Assembly (NCBI GenBank): GCA_951406725.2
Contig: OX597814.1
Coordinates: 124,248,001-124,312,000 of the forward strand
Direction: 5' to 3'
Length of the DNA stretch: 64,000 nucleotides
DNA from: Octopus vulgaris
Lineage: Eukaryota
Below are positions 14,424 to 26,974 of this stretch, piece by piece; within the stretch, counting starts at the first letter, position 1; every line of letters begins with the position of its first letter. The position numbers and the translations under genes were made by a program. The notes below the pieces were generated by a model that worked only from the letters and a program-made list of their open reading frames with translations, did not search any database and was not told where the DNA came from.

Positions 14424-15262
14424 ATATATTATATTAATACATATATACATGCATGCATTAAATAATTTCAAATTATTGTTTACTTTGACTTCATTATTAC
14501 AACCACACTCACACACAACAGGCTTCCATACAGTTTCCATCACCCAAGTTCTTTGACACAGTATTGGTCTATAGTAGAAGATACTTGCCCAAGGTGCTGT
14601 GCTGTGGGATTGAACCTGAAACCTTATGGTTACAAAGTGAGCTTCTTATTCACAGCCTTGCCTGTATCTGATGGCTACTTTTCTTTAACTCGAGGTGAGT
14701 TCTGATCAAACAGATTTATGGTCATAAGCATTCCAACCATAACCACCCTTCTAGATGATTGAGTATGATACGAGGCATATTTGGCTGCTAGTTATAACAG
14801 ATTGAGGGGGCACACAGAAGCTCTGTCTTTGACATGATGTGTATAGTAAATGGGTAATATTCATTCTTGTGGTTGTTGAGCAATTTTAATCCCTTACCAA
14901 ATAGATCCCCAACAAATTGACTTGAAGAAAGTGTCAACTTAGCTAGAAATGTCCAGAAACGTTTTCACAGTTAAGAGATGATTCATAACCCCTAGAGACT
15001 AATTAAGTTAATCTATTGGCCGGCCATGTTTGTCCTCACAAGATGAACAGGTTTATTTATCAACCCTATGAGAGAACACTTGTGGATGACTAACTAATGA
15101 AGGTATCAACCACTCAAATACACACACACACACACTCATTATATATAGATGTTCAGGAATGGCTGTGTGATAAGAACTTAGCTTCCTAAAAAGATGGTTC
15201 TAGGTTCAGTCTCACTGTGTGATACCTTGGGCAAGTGTCTTTTACTACAGCCCCTGGCTATG

Positions 15263-15301
<39 letters not shown>

Positions 15302-15439
15302 TAGCATGGAAAACGCATGTTAAACGATGATGATGATGATGATGATGATATATGGCGTGTGTTAAGAACTTAGCTTCCCAATCAGATGGTTGTGGGTTCA
15401 GTCCCTCTGTGTAGTTTATATATATATATGTGTGTGTGT

Positions 15440-15868
15440 GTGGCTGTGTGGTAAGAAAGTAGCTTCCCTACCACATGGTTCTGGGTTCAGTCCACTGCGT
15501 GGCACCTTGGGTAAGTCTTTTCTACTATAGCTTTATGCTGACTAAAACCTTGTGAGTGGATTTGGTAGAAGGAAAGTGAAAGAAGCCTGGTGTGTGCGTG
15601 TATATATATACGTATATACATATGTATGTATACATCTATATGTGTGTGTCTTTGTGTCTCTGTTTGTTCCCCCATCACCTCTTGACAACTGCTGTTGGTG
15701 TGTTTATGTCCCTGTAACTTAGTAGTTCTGCAATAGACACCAATAGAATAAGTACTAGGCTTTAAAAAAATAAGTCCTGGGGTCAATTTGTTTGACTAAA
15801 ATCCTTAAAAGCAGTGCCCTAGCATGGCCACAGACAAACGACTGAAATAAGTAAAAAAAATTAAAGAG
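15440..15868 (+). mobile_element. Group A SINE
   Basis: A/B boxes and ccttgggtaagtcttttctactatagc. Confidence 0.88.
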
Positions 15869-15909
15869 TACACACACACACACACACACACACATGTGAA
15901 TATATAATT

Positions 15910-16725
15910 TCTTTTATTCTTTTACTTGTTTCAGTCACTAGACTGGGGCCATGCTGGAGCACTGCCTTTTAGTTGAAGACATCGACCCCTGGACTTATTC
16001 TTTGTAATCCTGGTACTTATTCTATCGGTCTCTTCTGCCAAACTGCTAGGTTACGGGGATGTAAATACACCAACATCGGTTGTCAAGCGATGGTGATGGG
16101 GACAAACACACACACATAAATATATATATATATATATATATGACAAGCTTCTTACAGTTTCTTATTTCTTTATTGCCCACAAGGGGCTAAACATAGAGGG
16201 GACAAACAATGACAGACAAACGGATTAAGTTGATTACATTGACCCCAGTGCGTAACTGGTACTTAATTTATCGACCCCGAAAGGATGAAAGGCAAAGTCG
16301 ACCTCTGTGGAATTTGAACTCAGAACGTAATGGCAGACGAAATACCTATTTCTTTACTACCCACAAGGAGCTAAGTACAGAGGAGACAAACAAAGACAGA
16401 CAGACGGATTAAGTCGATTATATCGACCCCAGTGCGTAACTGGTACTTAATTTATTGACCCTGAAAGGATGAAAGGCAAAGTCGACCTCGGCGGAATTTG
16501 AACTCAGAACATAACGGCAGACGAAATATTGCCAAGCTTTTTGCCCGGCATGCTAACGTTTCTGCCAGCTCGCCACCTTTGTTGTCTACCAAATCCTCTC
16601 ACAGGTCTTTGGGCAACCTGAGATTATAGTAGATAACACTTGTCAAAGGTGCCACACAGTGGTACTGAACCTGGAACCATGTAGCTGTGAAGCAAGCTTC
16701 TTATCACACAGCCACACCTGCACCT
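15910..16725 (-). mobile_element. Group A SINE interrupted by a dimeric group B SINE (16160-16578)
   Basis: Group A sequence stops at cagtttc (16160) and resumes at gtctaccaaatcc (about 16583); the insert has a duplicated 3' half. Confidence 0.85.
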
Positions 16726-17264
16726 ATATATATATATATACACATGTATGTATGCATGTATGTGTATATCTTTCCCCAATACGTATTGGTGATAGATGTA
16801 AACATTGGTGAGAAAAACAATGAACTGGTGCTTTCAAACAAAAATACACTGTCTGGTATTTGTTCTGCCTGAGTTGTACAGACAATCCATTGTCACTTTT
16901 TCCATTTTAAATGCAGTGAACCATTGATTTGCCCATTGGAAACCTGTAATCAATAATCTTATTTAGTATTGATAAAATATTATATAAAATTTCAAAAAAT
17001 ATTTAAGAGGATATATATTTTTCTATATCTATTTATATTTTTAGTTTTTAAATTTTTTTGCAGAATTTAAACTCTTAAAAATTTTATTTGTTTCATATCA
17101 TGTAAAAATATCTCCATGTTCTTTCATGTAGAAACAGAAATAGGTTTTTGTCTCCAAAGGGTTAAAACGTGCTTTACTTTATTTATCATCCCAATGGTGA
17201 GTGGTATTGAGTGCAATTGAAGCTTGCTTCCAGTTCTGAGTAAAATTCTGTTTTGCTCCTAGAT

Positions 17265-17845
17265 GCAAGGATGGCTGTGTGGTTAAGCAGCTTGCTTTGC
17301 AACCCCATATTTCCAGGTTCAGTCCTACAGCATGGCACCTTGGCCAAGTGTCTTCTACTATATAGCCCTGGGCAAACCAGTGCCTTGAAAAGAATATTGT
17401 AGATGGAAACTATATAGAAGCTTGTCACATATGTGTGCAGCTGTGTGTGTGTGTGTGTGTGTGCCTGTATGAGTGTCTATATGTGTGCATGTGTGTGTGT
17501 GTGTGTGTGTGTGCATGTGTGAGTGTCTGTATGTGTGTTTGTGTATGTGTGTGTGCATGTGTGAGTGTCTGTATGTGTGCGTGTGTGTGTGTGTGTGTAC
17601 ATGTGTGAGTGTCTGTATGTGTGCATATGTGTGTGTGTGTGTGTTGCCCCTCCCCCTCCCCACTGCTTGAAAACTGTTATAGGTTTACATTCTCTTAGCT
17701 TAGCAGTTTGGCAAAAGAAACTGATAGAATAAGAACCAAATTTTAGAAAACGGCACATAAAGTACTGGTGGTTGATTTGTTCAACTAAAACCCTCCAAAG
17801 TGTTGCTCCAACATGGCCACAGTCCAATAACTGAACCAAGTAAAT
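17265..17845 (+). mobile_element. Group A SINE with expanded (TG)n spacer
   Basis: Head at 17265, tail segment ending aactgaaccaagtaaa. Confidence 0.8.
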
Positions 17846-17933
17846 GATAGGGAAAGAAGAGAAGGTTACTAGTTTGCTTATACCATCCATGCACCTGCAG
17901 ATAACACATGACTTTTCTTTTATCTTCCACCAG

Positions 17934-18071
17934 GTACTTCAGGAACGATCTCAGAAAGATTCAGATGCCAAGGAGTTTTTAAACGAAAGACAAAATCTCT
18001 TTAATAATCAGCGGAAACGAACAGATGGAAACAAAAATTATAATGCTCTAAAATTTTTGCTAGAATATTAA
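17934..18071 (+). CDS. BAIAP3: Terminal coding exon of the BAIAP3/Munc13-4-family gene
   Basis: Strong acceptor cttttcttttatcttccaccag|, phase 0 matching the upstream donor. VLQERSQKDSDAKEFLNERQ...LLEY* corresponds to the conserved L.-R...D.-A.-F C-terminal helix of BAIAP3/UNC13D. Confidence 0.85.
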   Translation, partial: VLQERSQKDSDAKEFLNERQNLFNNQRKRTDGNKNYNALKFLLEY

Positions 18072-18110
18072 AGTCAATGTTATTTTGAACAAATATGGCT
18101 TCAGTTTCAA

Positions 18111-18182
18111 ATCATATTCATACATGAGATTGAAAATAAAATAAAAATCATATTCATACATGAGATTGAAAATAAAATAAAT
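18111..18182 (+). promoter_or_regulatory. Candidate polyadenylation signals in a 36-bp tandem duplication
   Basis: atcatattcatacatgagattgaaaataaaataaaa x2 (AATAAA twice per unit), followed by a U/GU-rich tract. Confidence 0.55.
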
Positions 18183-18416
18183 TATTTGTACTTTTCTATA
18201 GACTGTCTTGGTTTATTTTTTCTTAAATGTTCAAAATTTAAATAACATAGTAAATGGTATATTATATACACTTTATATACATATTTGTATTATATATGTA
18301 TATGTATATATAAATGTATATGCATGCATATGTGTGTGAGTGTGTGTATGTATGTGTGTGCATATATATATGTGTGTGTGTGTCTATATAAGAATATATA
18401 TATATATCTATATCTA

Positions 18417-18505
<89 letters not shown>

Positions 18506-18511
18506 TCTCCG

Positions 18512-18546
<35 letters not shown>

Positions 18547-18972
18547 TGTACTTTTAAACGCAAGAGAAGCTACCTTTAACAGGTAGTTTTACTGCTATAG
18601 CCTCAGGATGACCAAAGCCTTCTGAGTGGGTTTCGTAGACATAAACTGAAAGAAGCCCATCATGTGTGTGTGTGTATATATATATATACATAAATATGAG
18701 AGGGAATTTTATATTTTTGTTACTTTTCATTTGTCTTGTTCGCTTACGTTTCTGGTGTGCTAAATTTTTCTGGAGAACAATTCTTAGTGGTTAAGACCAT
18801 AGCGGATCTTCTTCTAGCATAAGGTTTTCCACATTGTGGATAAAAAATATTCCATCTTATATTTATGTATGAAATACTATTTACTGAATCTCAGTTTTTT
18901 TTATATGCTAGACCACTGGTGTTAAAATTGATGTTATCAAATTAATATCCAATATTTCACCCTCATTTTGAT

Positions 18973-19007
<35 letters not shown>

Positions 19008-19268
19008 GTATGTGTTTGTGTGTCTATGTTTCTCCCCTTGCCATCGCTTGACAACCGATGCTGGTGTGCTTACGTCCCCATAACTTAGCAGTTCAGCCAA
19101 AGAGACTGATAGAATAAGTATTATGCTTACAAAGAATAAGCTCTGGGGTCGATTTGTTTGACTAAAGGTGGTGCTCCAGCATGGCTGCAGTCAAATGACT
19201 GAAATGAATAAAAGAGTTAAAGAGAAATGATTCCAGTTGACCTTTTTCATATCAACTGTTTTGTTTTG

Positions 19269-19487
19269 CAGTTCCATATTTAAGAGACAAGGAATTATGT
19301 AGATTATTTACATTATTTACATTTGATGGATATATGTCCTCATCCTGTTTGTTCTTAACACCATGTTTCGGCTGATATACCCTCCAATCTTCATCAGGTG
19401 TCTTGATGAAATTTCGAACCTGGGTTCTCATTCCAAAGGTATTTATTAATGTTGTTATTATTATTATTATTATTATTATTGTTATTA

Positions 19488-19524
<37 letters not shown>

Positions 19525-19602
19525 TATTCAGGTCACTGCTTGGAATCGAATTCGGAATCTTGGAGTTAGTAGCCAACGCTCTTAACCACTATGCCTTATG
19601 CC
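19269..19602 (-). mobile_element. tRNA-headed SINE-like element: tRNA head, (AAT)n, tandem hammerhead motifs, AT-rich tail
   Basis: Minus strand: ggcataaggcatagtggttaagagcg...ccgaattcgattcc (A/B boxes), (AAT)n, then acac-CUGAUGA-a-gauugg..ucagcc-GAAAC-aug-gugu. Confidence 0.7.
19358..19401 (-). ncRNA. Minimal type-I hammerhead motif (degenerate cleavage site AUG)
   Basis: Stem I acac/gugu, CUGAUGA, stem II, GAAAC. A second, more degenerate motif (gaauga-gaacccagguuc-GAAAuuuc) lies just upstream at 19402-19439. Confidence 0.7.
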
Positions 19603-19637
19603 TAGCCTGCACTCTTCACCACTACGCTATATACCAT

Positions 19638-19714
19638 GGGCATATGGCATAGTGGTTAAGAGTGCGAGCTACTGATCGCAAGATTCCGAGTTCGATTCCG
19701 AACAGTGAGCTGAA
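19638..19714 (+). mobile_element. Inverted (head-to-head) copy of the same tRNA-like head
   Basis: gggcatatggcatagtggttaagagtgcg...gagttcgattcc...gagctgaat; a third partial head lies at 19603-19635. Confidence 0.75.
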
Positions 19715-19970
19715 TGATGATGACGATGACGATGACGACGACGACGACGACGACGACGACGAAGAAGAAGAAGAAGAAGAAGAAGAAGAAGAAGAAGAAG
19801 AAGAAGAAGAAGAAGAAGAAGAAGAAGAAGAAGAAGAAGAAGAAGAAGAAGAAGAAGAAGAAGAAGAAGAAGAAGAAGAAGAAGAAGAAGAAGAAGAAGA
19901 AGAAGAAGAAGAAGAAGAAGAAGAAGAAGAAGAAGAAGAAGAAGAAGAAGAAGAAGAAGAAGAAGAAGAA
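19715..19970. repeat. (GAT/GAC)n followed by a perfect (GAA)~70 tract
   Basis: Seen directly; source of the poly-E/K/L ORFs. Confidence 0.97.
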
Positions 19971-20350
19971 GGTCTGAGCTGAATGCGTATAATAAGGTGT
20001 TAGCCATAAATTCCTTAGCAGTCCCAGATGTGCTTTAGAGCTTCAATGTGCTTAACTGGAATACCAGTGAAATAATGAAAACTGACAGAAAAATTCGCAA
20101 GCTACTGACTTGTAATAAGATGCACCATCAAAAGGCAGACGTGGATCGTCTTTACCTTCCCATAGCTCAGGGAGGACGAGGTTTGATCCAGCTTGAACTT
20201 ACGTACAAAACCACCTCAATTGGACTGGCCTAATACCTTGAAGCAACCAACGATTAGATGCTAAAACTTGTTGAAAAACATGAAAGACCGAAAAAACTTC
20301 ACTCTATTCTCAAAGAGAGCAAAAAATTCGCTACTGATCTCTTAGATACC
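19971..20350 (+). mobile_element. Dong/R4-like non-LTR retrotransposon RT-thumb fragment
   Basis: SELNAYNKVLAINSLAVP...DRKIRKLLTCNKMHHQKADVDRLYLPIAQGGRGLIQLE, with in-frame stops. Confidence 0.8.
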
Positions 20351-21556
20351 TACCAGATCGATCAGGCAGTACTAGCAATGACTATGCTCAAATGGTGTTT
20401 TCTACATGCCACCAGTTTGTACACCCACCTCTTGACAACCAGTATTAGTTTGTTTATGTCCTTGTAACTTAGCAACTTAGCAATCATTTCAGCAAAACAG
20501 ACAGATAGATTAAGTACCAGGCGTTCAAAAAGAAAAAAAAAAGAAAAAAAACAAAAACAAAGCACTGGTGGTTGATTGGTTTGACTAAAACCCACTAATG
20601 TGGTGCCCCGACACGACTACAACCCGGTGACCGAAACCAGCAAAAAAATAAAGATACGACCTGCTACTAGAAGAAAGTTACCTTTATCTGGCCTAAATAT
20701 TACATTGTGCATATCTGTGTATTACATACAGTATTGAATTCTTCATAGCTTATTATGCAATGGCTAAGCAATATACTGCAAATCTCATTGTGACATATGC
20801 AATATTAAAATTATTTCTCAAGTGCTCTGCAACATATATCGAAGTATCCAAGTGATAAAGCTATCATGCAACATCTGTCATAGCTGATATGACGCAGATT
20901 GCATGCAATTTGCATCATGTTGCAGATATTGAAATGCTGCACAATCCGTGCATGCAATGGTAATGCTGTATTCAGGGTATTATATAATTTTATCTTTTAT
21001 TTGTTTTCGGTCATTGAACTGTGGCAATGCTGGAGGCACTGCCCTGAAGGATTTTGTTCAAGCAAATTGACCTCAGGAGTTGTTATGTTTTTAAGGTTAG
21101 TGCTTAGTGTTTTGTGTTTAGTGTTTAGTGTATTGTTCTCTTTTGGTGTACTGCTAAGTTACAGGGAGGTAGACAAACCAGCAACTGTTGTCAAGTGGTG
21201 AGTAGACAAAGCCAAGCACACACACACACACACACACACATACAAACAGAGACACAGACACATGCCCTCACACATACACACTCATACATACACTCACACT
21301 CACTCACACACACACACACTCGCACATGCACACACACACACACATGCGATCACATGCTCTCACACACATACCCTCACACATACACACTCACACACTTGCA
21401 TACACACACACACATTAACACACACACTCACACACATGCTGTCACACACACACTCATACATACACTCACACACTCGCATACACACACACTAACACACACA
21501 CACACACACACTCACACACACATGCACACACAAATATGATGGGCTTCCACACAGTT

Positions 21557-21785
21557 TCTTATTTCTTTATTGCCTACAAGTGGCTAAACATAGAGGTGAC
21601 AAACAAGGACAAAGAGTTTAAGTTGATTACATCGACCCGAATGCGTAACTGGTACTTAATTTATTGACCCCAAAATGATGAAAGGCAAAGTCGAACTCGA
21701 CGGAATTTGAACTCAGAACATAGCGGCAGAGGAAATACTGCTAAGAATTTCGCCCAGCGTGCTAACATTTCTGCCAACTCACCTG
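21557..21785 (-). mobile_element. Group B SINE nested in a group A SINE
   Basis: Same motifs as 16160-16578; ggcttccacaca is repeated on both sides. Confidence 0.8.
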
Positions 21786-22049
21786 TGTGGCTTCCACACA
21801 ATTTCTGGTTACCAACTTCACTCACAAAACACTGGTCGGAGCAGGGCTATAGCAGAAGACTACTTCCTCAAGTGTCATGAAGAAGGACTGAACCTGAAGC
21901 CATGTGGATGCAAAGCAAGTTCCTTAACCACACAGCCATACGTGCACCTTCATCTGTATTACAATGTACCCCACAAAAAGTGATGGTACCTTTATACTAC
22001 TCTGTACTTTGCATTAGTATGCGGCTGCACCTGACATTGCATCAAACAC

Positions 22050-22500
22050 TGCCACTACAATAAGAGATCCCTTATGCAATTGATAAATGTCGCCTGACTG
22101 GCACCCATGCCGGTGGCACATAAAAAGCACCATATGGGCGTGGTCATTGCCAGTGCTGCCTGACTGGCACCCGTGCATGTAAAAAGCACCATATGAGCGA
22201 GGTCAATGCCAGTTGCTGCCCAACTGGCTCCCATGCCGGTAGCATGTAAAAAGCACCGTTCGATCATGGTCGATACCAATACCACCTGACTGCTCCCCAC
22301 CCCATGCTGGTGGAACGTAAAAAGCACCCACTACACTCTCAGAGTGGTTGGCATCAGGAAAGGCATCTAGCTGTAGAAACCTTGCCAGATCAGATTGGAG
22401 CCTGGTGCAGCCTCCTGGCTTGCCAGTCCTCAGTCAAACTGTCCAGCCCATGCCAGCATGGAAAACAGATGTTAAACAATGAAGATGATGATGATGATGA
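22050..22500 (+). mobile_element. RTE 3'UTR with tandem subrepeats and (ATG)n tail
   Basis: Repeats of gccggtggcacataaaaagcacc. Confidence 0.85.
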
Positions 22501-22924
22501 GAACTTACAAACTTTCAAATCCCTTCTAAAGTGAGAACCCTCATGTAATTGATAGAATAATGACAAATAGCAACCACTTAAATACCTTCAAATGAGGGTA
22601 GTCAATAAAAGTTCTAGAAATAGTAGCCTCTTAAATCTCCTCTAGTGAAAGATGCATTATGGTATTGATAAAAGAATTAGGAAAAAGCTGCCCCTCAAAT
22701 CCTTTCAAACAAGGGACTCCTTATTTAGTTGATAAAAGTATCAGAAAAAGTAACCCCTCAAATCTCTTCAGGTTATTTATCTAAATATTATTGTAAATAA
22801 GAAAATAAGGAATTATATAATTTAATCAAAGATACTTCTTGGAAAACAAGATGGAAATAGTTGGAAGTAGTTAACCATAGGTTTACTTCACTTACAGTTA
22901 ACCCTTTAGCATTTAAATTAGCTA

Positions 22925-23713
22925 TCATCATTATCATTTAATGTTTGCTTTCCATGCTAGCATGGGCTGGAGGATTTGACTGAGGTCTGGTGAACCTGAT
23001 GTCTACACCAAGCTCCAATTTGATCAAGCAGAGTTTCTACAGCTGGATGCCCTTCCTAACACCAACCACTCGAAAGTGTAGTGGGTGCTTTTATGTGCCA
23101 CTTGCATAAGGGCTAGTCAGGTGGCACTAGCAATGGCCACACTCAAGTGGTGTTTTTTACGTGCCACCTGCATAGGAGCCCGTCCAGCGGCACTGCCAAT
23201 GACCTCGCACAAATGTTGTTTTTCACGTGCCAGTAAGGCAATGCTGGTAACGGTCATGTCTGAATGGTGCTTTTTATGTGCCACTGGCATGGAAGCCAGT
23301 CAGCTGCTCTGGCAGCAATCATGCTCAGATGGTGCTCTTAGTGCTCCACTAGCACAGATACTAGTCATCGAATTTGATTTCAATTTCGATTTCAATTTCG
23401 ATTTCACTTGCCTCAACAGGTCTTCGCAAGCAGAGTTTAGTGTCCAATCAAGGAAAGGTATGCATAAGTGGGCTTGTTACACCCCTGGCATAGGCTATGA
23501 GGTTATGGTCTCACTTGGCTTGCCAGGTCTTCTCATGCACTGCATATTTCCAAAGGTCTCGGTCACTAGTCATTGCCTCGTTGAGGCCTAATGTTCGAAG
23601 GGCATGCTTCACCACCTCATCCCAGGTCTTCCTGGGTCTACCTCTTCCACAGGTTCCCTCAAATGCTAGGGTGTGGCACTTTTTCACACAGTTATCCTCA
23701 TCCATTCTCGCCA
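22925..23713 (-). mobile_element. RTE LINE 3' end
   Basis: MDEDNCVKKCHTLAFEGTCGRGRPRKTWDEVVKH...REKT plus 3'UTR. Confidence 0.9.
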
Positions 23714-23771
23714 GGCCAAAATGCTCTATCTATTTTGTGTTCAAACTAACTAGATCTGGCCTCTCACACCT

Positions 23772-24280
23772 ATCATCATCATCATCATCATCATTTAACG
23801 TTCGTTTTCCATGCTAGCATGGGTTGGACGGTTCAACCAGAGTCTGGGAAGCCAGGAAGCTGCACCAGGCTCCAGTCTGATCTGGCAGTGTTTCTACAGT
23901 TGGATGCCCTTCCTAATGCCTACCTCTCCATGAGTGTAGTGGGTACTTTTTACATGCCAACGGCACAGGGGCCAGAGGAGGCTGGAAACTGCCACAATCA
24001 GTTGGTGCTTTTTACGTGCCACTGGCATGGAAGCCAGCCAAGGCAGCGCTGGCATCAGCCACATTTGGATGGTGCTTTTTACGTGCCACTGGCACAGGTA
24101 TCACAACTACAATTTCCATTTGATTTTTATTTTGATGTTATTTATTTTGATGATATACTTGACTTAGGAGGTCTCCTCAAGCACAGCAGGTCGCCCCACG
24201 ATCCAAGGTAAGCCCCACGGGCCATCCTGCGATCCAAGGTACTTTGAATGGGCTGGGCTTTGTTGTGTGAAGCTGGTATC
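23772..24280 (-). mobile_element. RTE 3'UTR fragment
   Basis: Same family 3'UTR and tail. Confidence 0.85.
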
Positions 24281-24704
24281 TTAAAAATAAACAATCACAT
24301 CATTGAAAGCTTGAAGCTACAACATAATGCTTGGTTAATTTCAAAACAATATGAATAAATAAACTTTGCATTGGACAAAGTAATCTGAATGCTAAAAGGC
24401 TTAAACAACACTACTATCAACAACTGAAACAAATATTGCATTACTATTATAGGGTACCACAACACAGAGTGGTACCACTTCACACTGTGGTACCAAATCA
24501 TTTCATGTAGAATGTGGAGTATAGTATAGCAAAATACTTCAGTGTCTTGTGGTATACTGAAACGTTATAGTACAGTACGTAGTGGTACAATAGAAAACAG
24601 TAATGCAGTTTTTAGTAATAGAGTGTAAGAGCATAGTGCTCCGTGTGTGCATTTGGTGGCACTGTATAACACCGCAGTGTACTGAATTTTTTTATAATAG
24701 AATA

Positions 24705-24980
24705 ATAATAATGAAATTATTGTATACAGTGCTTAGGTGCACCACAACTTGTGAAAAATGCGTATAAAGCATATGCAGTAATGTACAAGTGTCTAGGAAG
24801 TGAGCAGTGTATGAGTCAGATACATGCTTGTGTGTGTATGGAGGGGAGAAAATCAGGTGTAGTGTTGGCGAATCTCAGGAAGCATGAAAGTTTTGAAGGA
24901 TGCAGTGCCCCGACAACTAACAACTGATGCCGGCAGTTTGTTTGTTCCATACTTCAGCAACTCTTAGCGTGAAAAAATGG
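24705..24980 (-). mobile_element. CR1-like LINE 3' end
   Basis: FFTLRVAEVWN.LPASVVSC is a typical CR1 ORF2 C-terminus; (ATT)n tail. Confidence 0.75.
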
Positions 24981-25874
24981 CAGTGCAGTATAAGAACATA
25001 GAGCAGTGTGTGTAGGTATGTAGGCTACAGTGTATCTCAATTAAACAGGATGTAGTGGTAACAGGTAAATACAGTGTGATACCACCCTATACTGCACTGC
25101 TTATTACACTGCACTCCAAGACACTATACAACATTGTTATAGTGTAGCACCTCTTATTTCACTGTTCCACTGTTCCACTAGACATTGCTTTGTTACACTG
25201 CAAATATCAAAGAAATTCTGTGTCTCATTGACTGGAGCACTTTGTGAAAATGTGAAGTGACTGCTGTTGCCATAGATACCTGTTGATCATTGTTCTGTGA
25301 TACTATGAAGATAAAAGTGATGTCATCATCTTCTTCGTTGCCATTGGTTACTTTAGAGATGTTTGATAGACAGCAGTTGGCAAGATAAAACAGCAGACTG
25401 GTGTGATATCTCTGCTAATCTGTTATATAACACCCATGTAAAGCAACAAAAAGACAAAAATAACAACATACTCATACAGTTACTAATACGCATACATTTG
25501 TACATACACAGACATACTTGAGGATGCATACGTATACTTGTGTTAATACGTATGCACTCAAAAACATTCACTCATTTAAATGAGTAGTTGGAATTTATAC
25601 TCATTTAAATGTATATATATATATAGGGATCTAGCTTTACCCTGCCTGAGATTTGAAACCAAATCCACTCGCTCGTTGCTTGTCAAAAAGAGGGGGTGGG
25701 AGCGGAATCTACTGTATTTCATTTCCAGACTTCCATGAAAACATATCTGGCCATGGGAGGATAATAATTTACTTGGAAACAGGTAAGGGTTGATGACTGG
25801 AAGGGCATACCTTAGTGGAAAATCTACCTCAATGAATTACATCTAACATATGCATGGTAAAGTGGATGTGAAAA

Positions 25875-25907
25875 TGATGATGATGGTGGTGGTGATGATG
25901 ATGATGG

Positions 25908-25986
<79 letters not shown>

Positions 25987-26223
25987 GGTGATGATAATGA
26001 TAAAAGTGATGATGGTGATGCTGATGATGGTGATGCTGGTGATGACGACGATGGTGATGATGATGAAGGTGATGATGATGAAAGCGATGATGAAAGCGAT
26101 GATGATGATGATGACGACAGTGGTGATGATGATGATGACGATGGTGAAGATGATGATGGTGATAATGATGATGATAAGGATGATGGTCATGATGATGGTA
26201 ATGACGGTGGTGATGATGATGAT
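25875..26223. repeat. (ATG)n microsatellite (expanded tail)
   Basis: Seen directly. Confidence 0.95.
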
Positions 26224-26974
26224 AAATAAACCAATAAGTCACCACACTTTCCACTCTTATTCCCATGTCCGCTGTCCACCTCGTCTCTGAAGACAATTCA
26301 ATGCATTAAAACTTTTAATGGTGGACTGGCAGAATTGTTAAAGCATCAAACAAATATGGTTTCACACTTAAAAACCACAAAACTGCCTAAAAGCATGTTT
26401 TGAAAATAGATATTTTAATGTCACTTTTTTTTTATATAGTTGAAACCATAGGGAAAAACGAAATTTTCCAAAACTGGTACAAAACCAATCCTTTCAATGC
26501 TACTCCCCTTCTTCTAGTTCAGGGGTTTTTTGCTTTGACCCTGTCAGTGTTGGTACCACATAAAAAGTACAGGTGCTGGGGCCATGTAAAAAGCATCCGT
26601 TTACACTCTGTAAAGTGGTTGGCATTAGGAAGGATATCCAGCTGTGGAGACCAAGCTAAAACAGACAATAGAACATGGTGTGGCCCCTGGCCTTGCTAAT
26701 TCTTGTGAAACTGTCCAACATGGGTTTATGTTGGACAGCATGGAAAAGGGACGTAAAGTGATGACGATGGTGATGATGATGATGATGATAATGATATCTT
26801 TGTGATTAAGAAGTTTGTTTTCTAAGAATGTGGTCATCTTGGACAAGGGTCTTCTACCATAGCCCCAAGCAACCAAAAGCTTCTTTGGAGATTTTGTTGC
26901 CTGAAACTGAAAGAAACCTATTATATATATATATATATATCTCATGATCATCATCATGATCATCATGATCATCA

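Larger units (their letters stand above)
22902..24400. mobile_element. piggyBac-type MITE (TTAA TSD) split by two RTE insertions
   Basis: TTAA|ccctttagcatt ... aatgctaaaaggc|TTAA; internal remnant at about 23714-23771. Confidence 0.7.

Noticed and set aside
18742-18820. Additional hammerhead (GAAAC-GUA-agc on minus strand)
   Set aside because: No CUGANGA correctly placed relative to stem II.
19526-19714. Functional tRNA genes
   Set aside because: Acceptor stems pair poorly, the apparent ACT anticodon is atypical, there is no oligo-T terminator and they run into microsatellite; treated as SINE heads.
22050-22330. CRISPR-like or regularly spaced repeats (gccggtggcacgtaaaaagcacc)
   Set aside because: Tandem subrepeats of the LINE 3'UTR with related, not unique, spacers; eukaryotic context and no cas genes.
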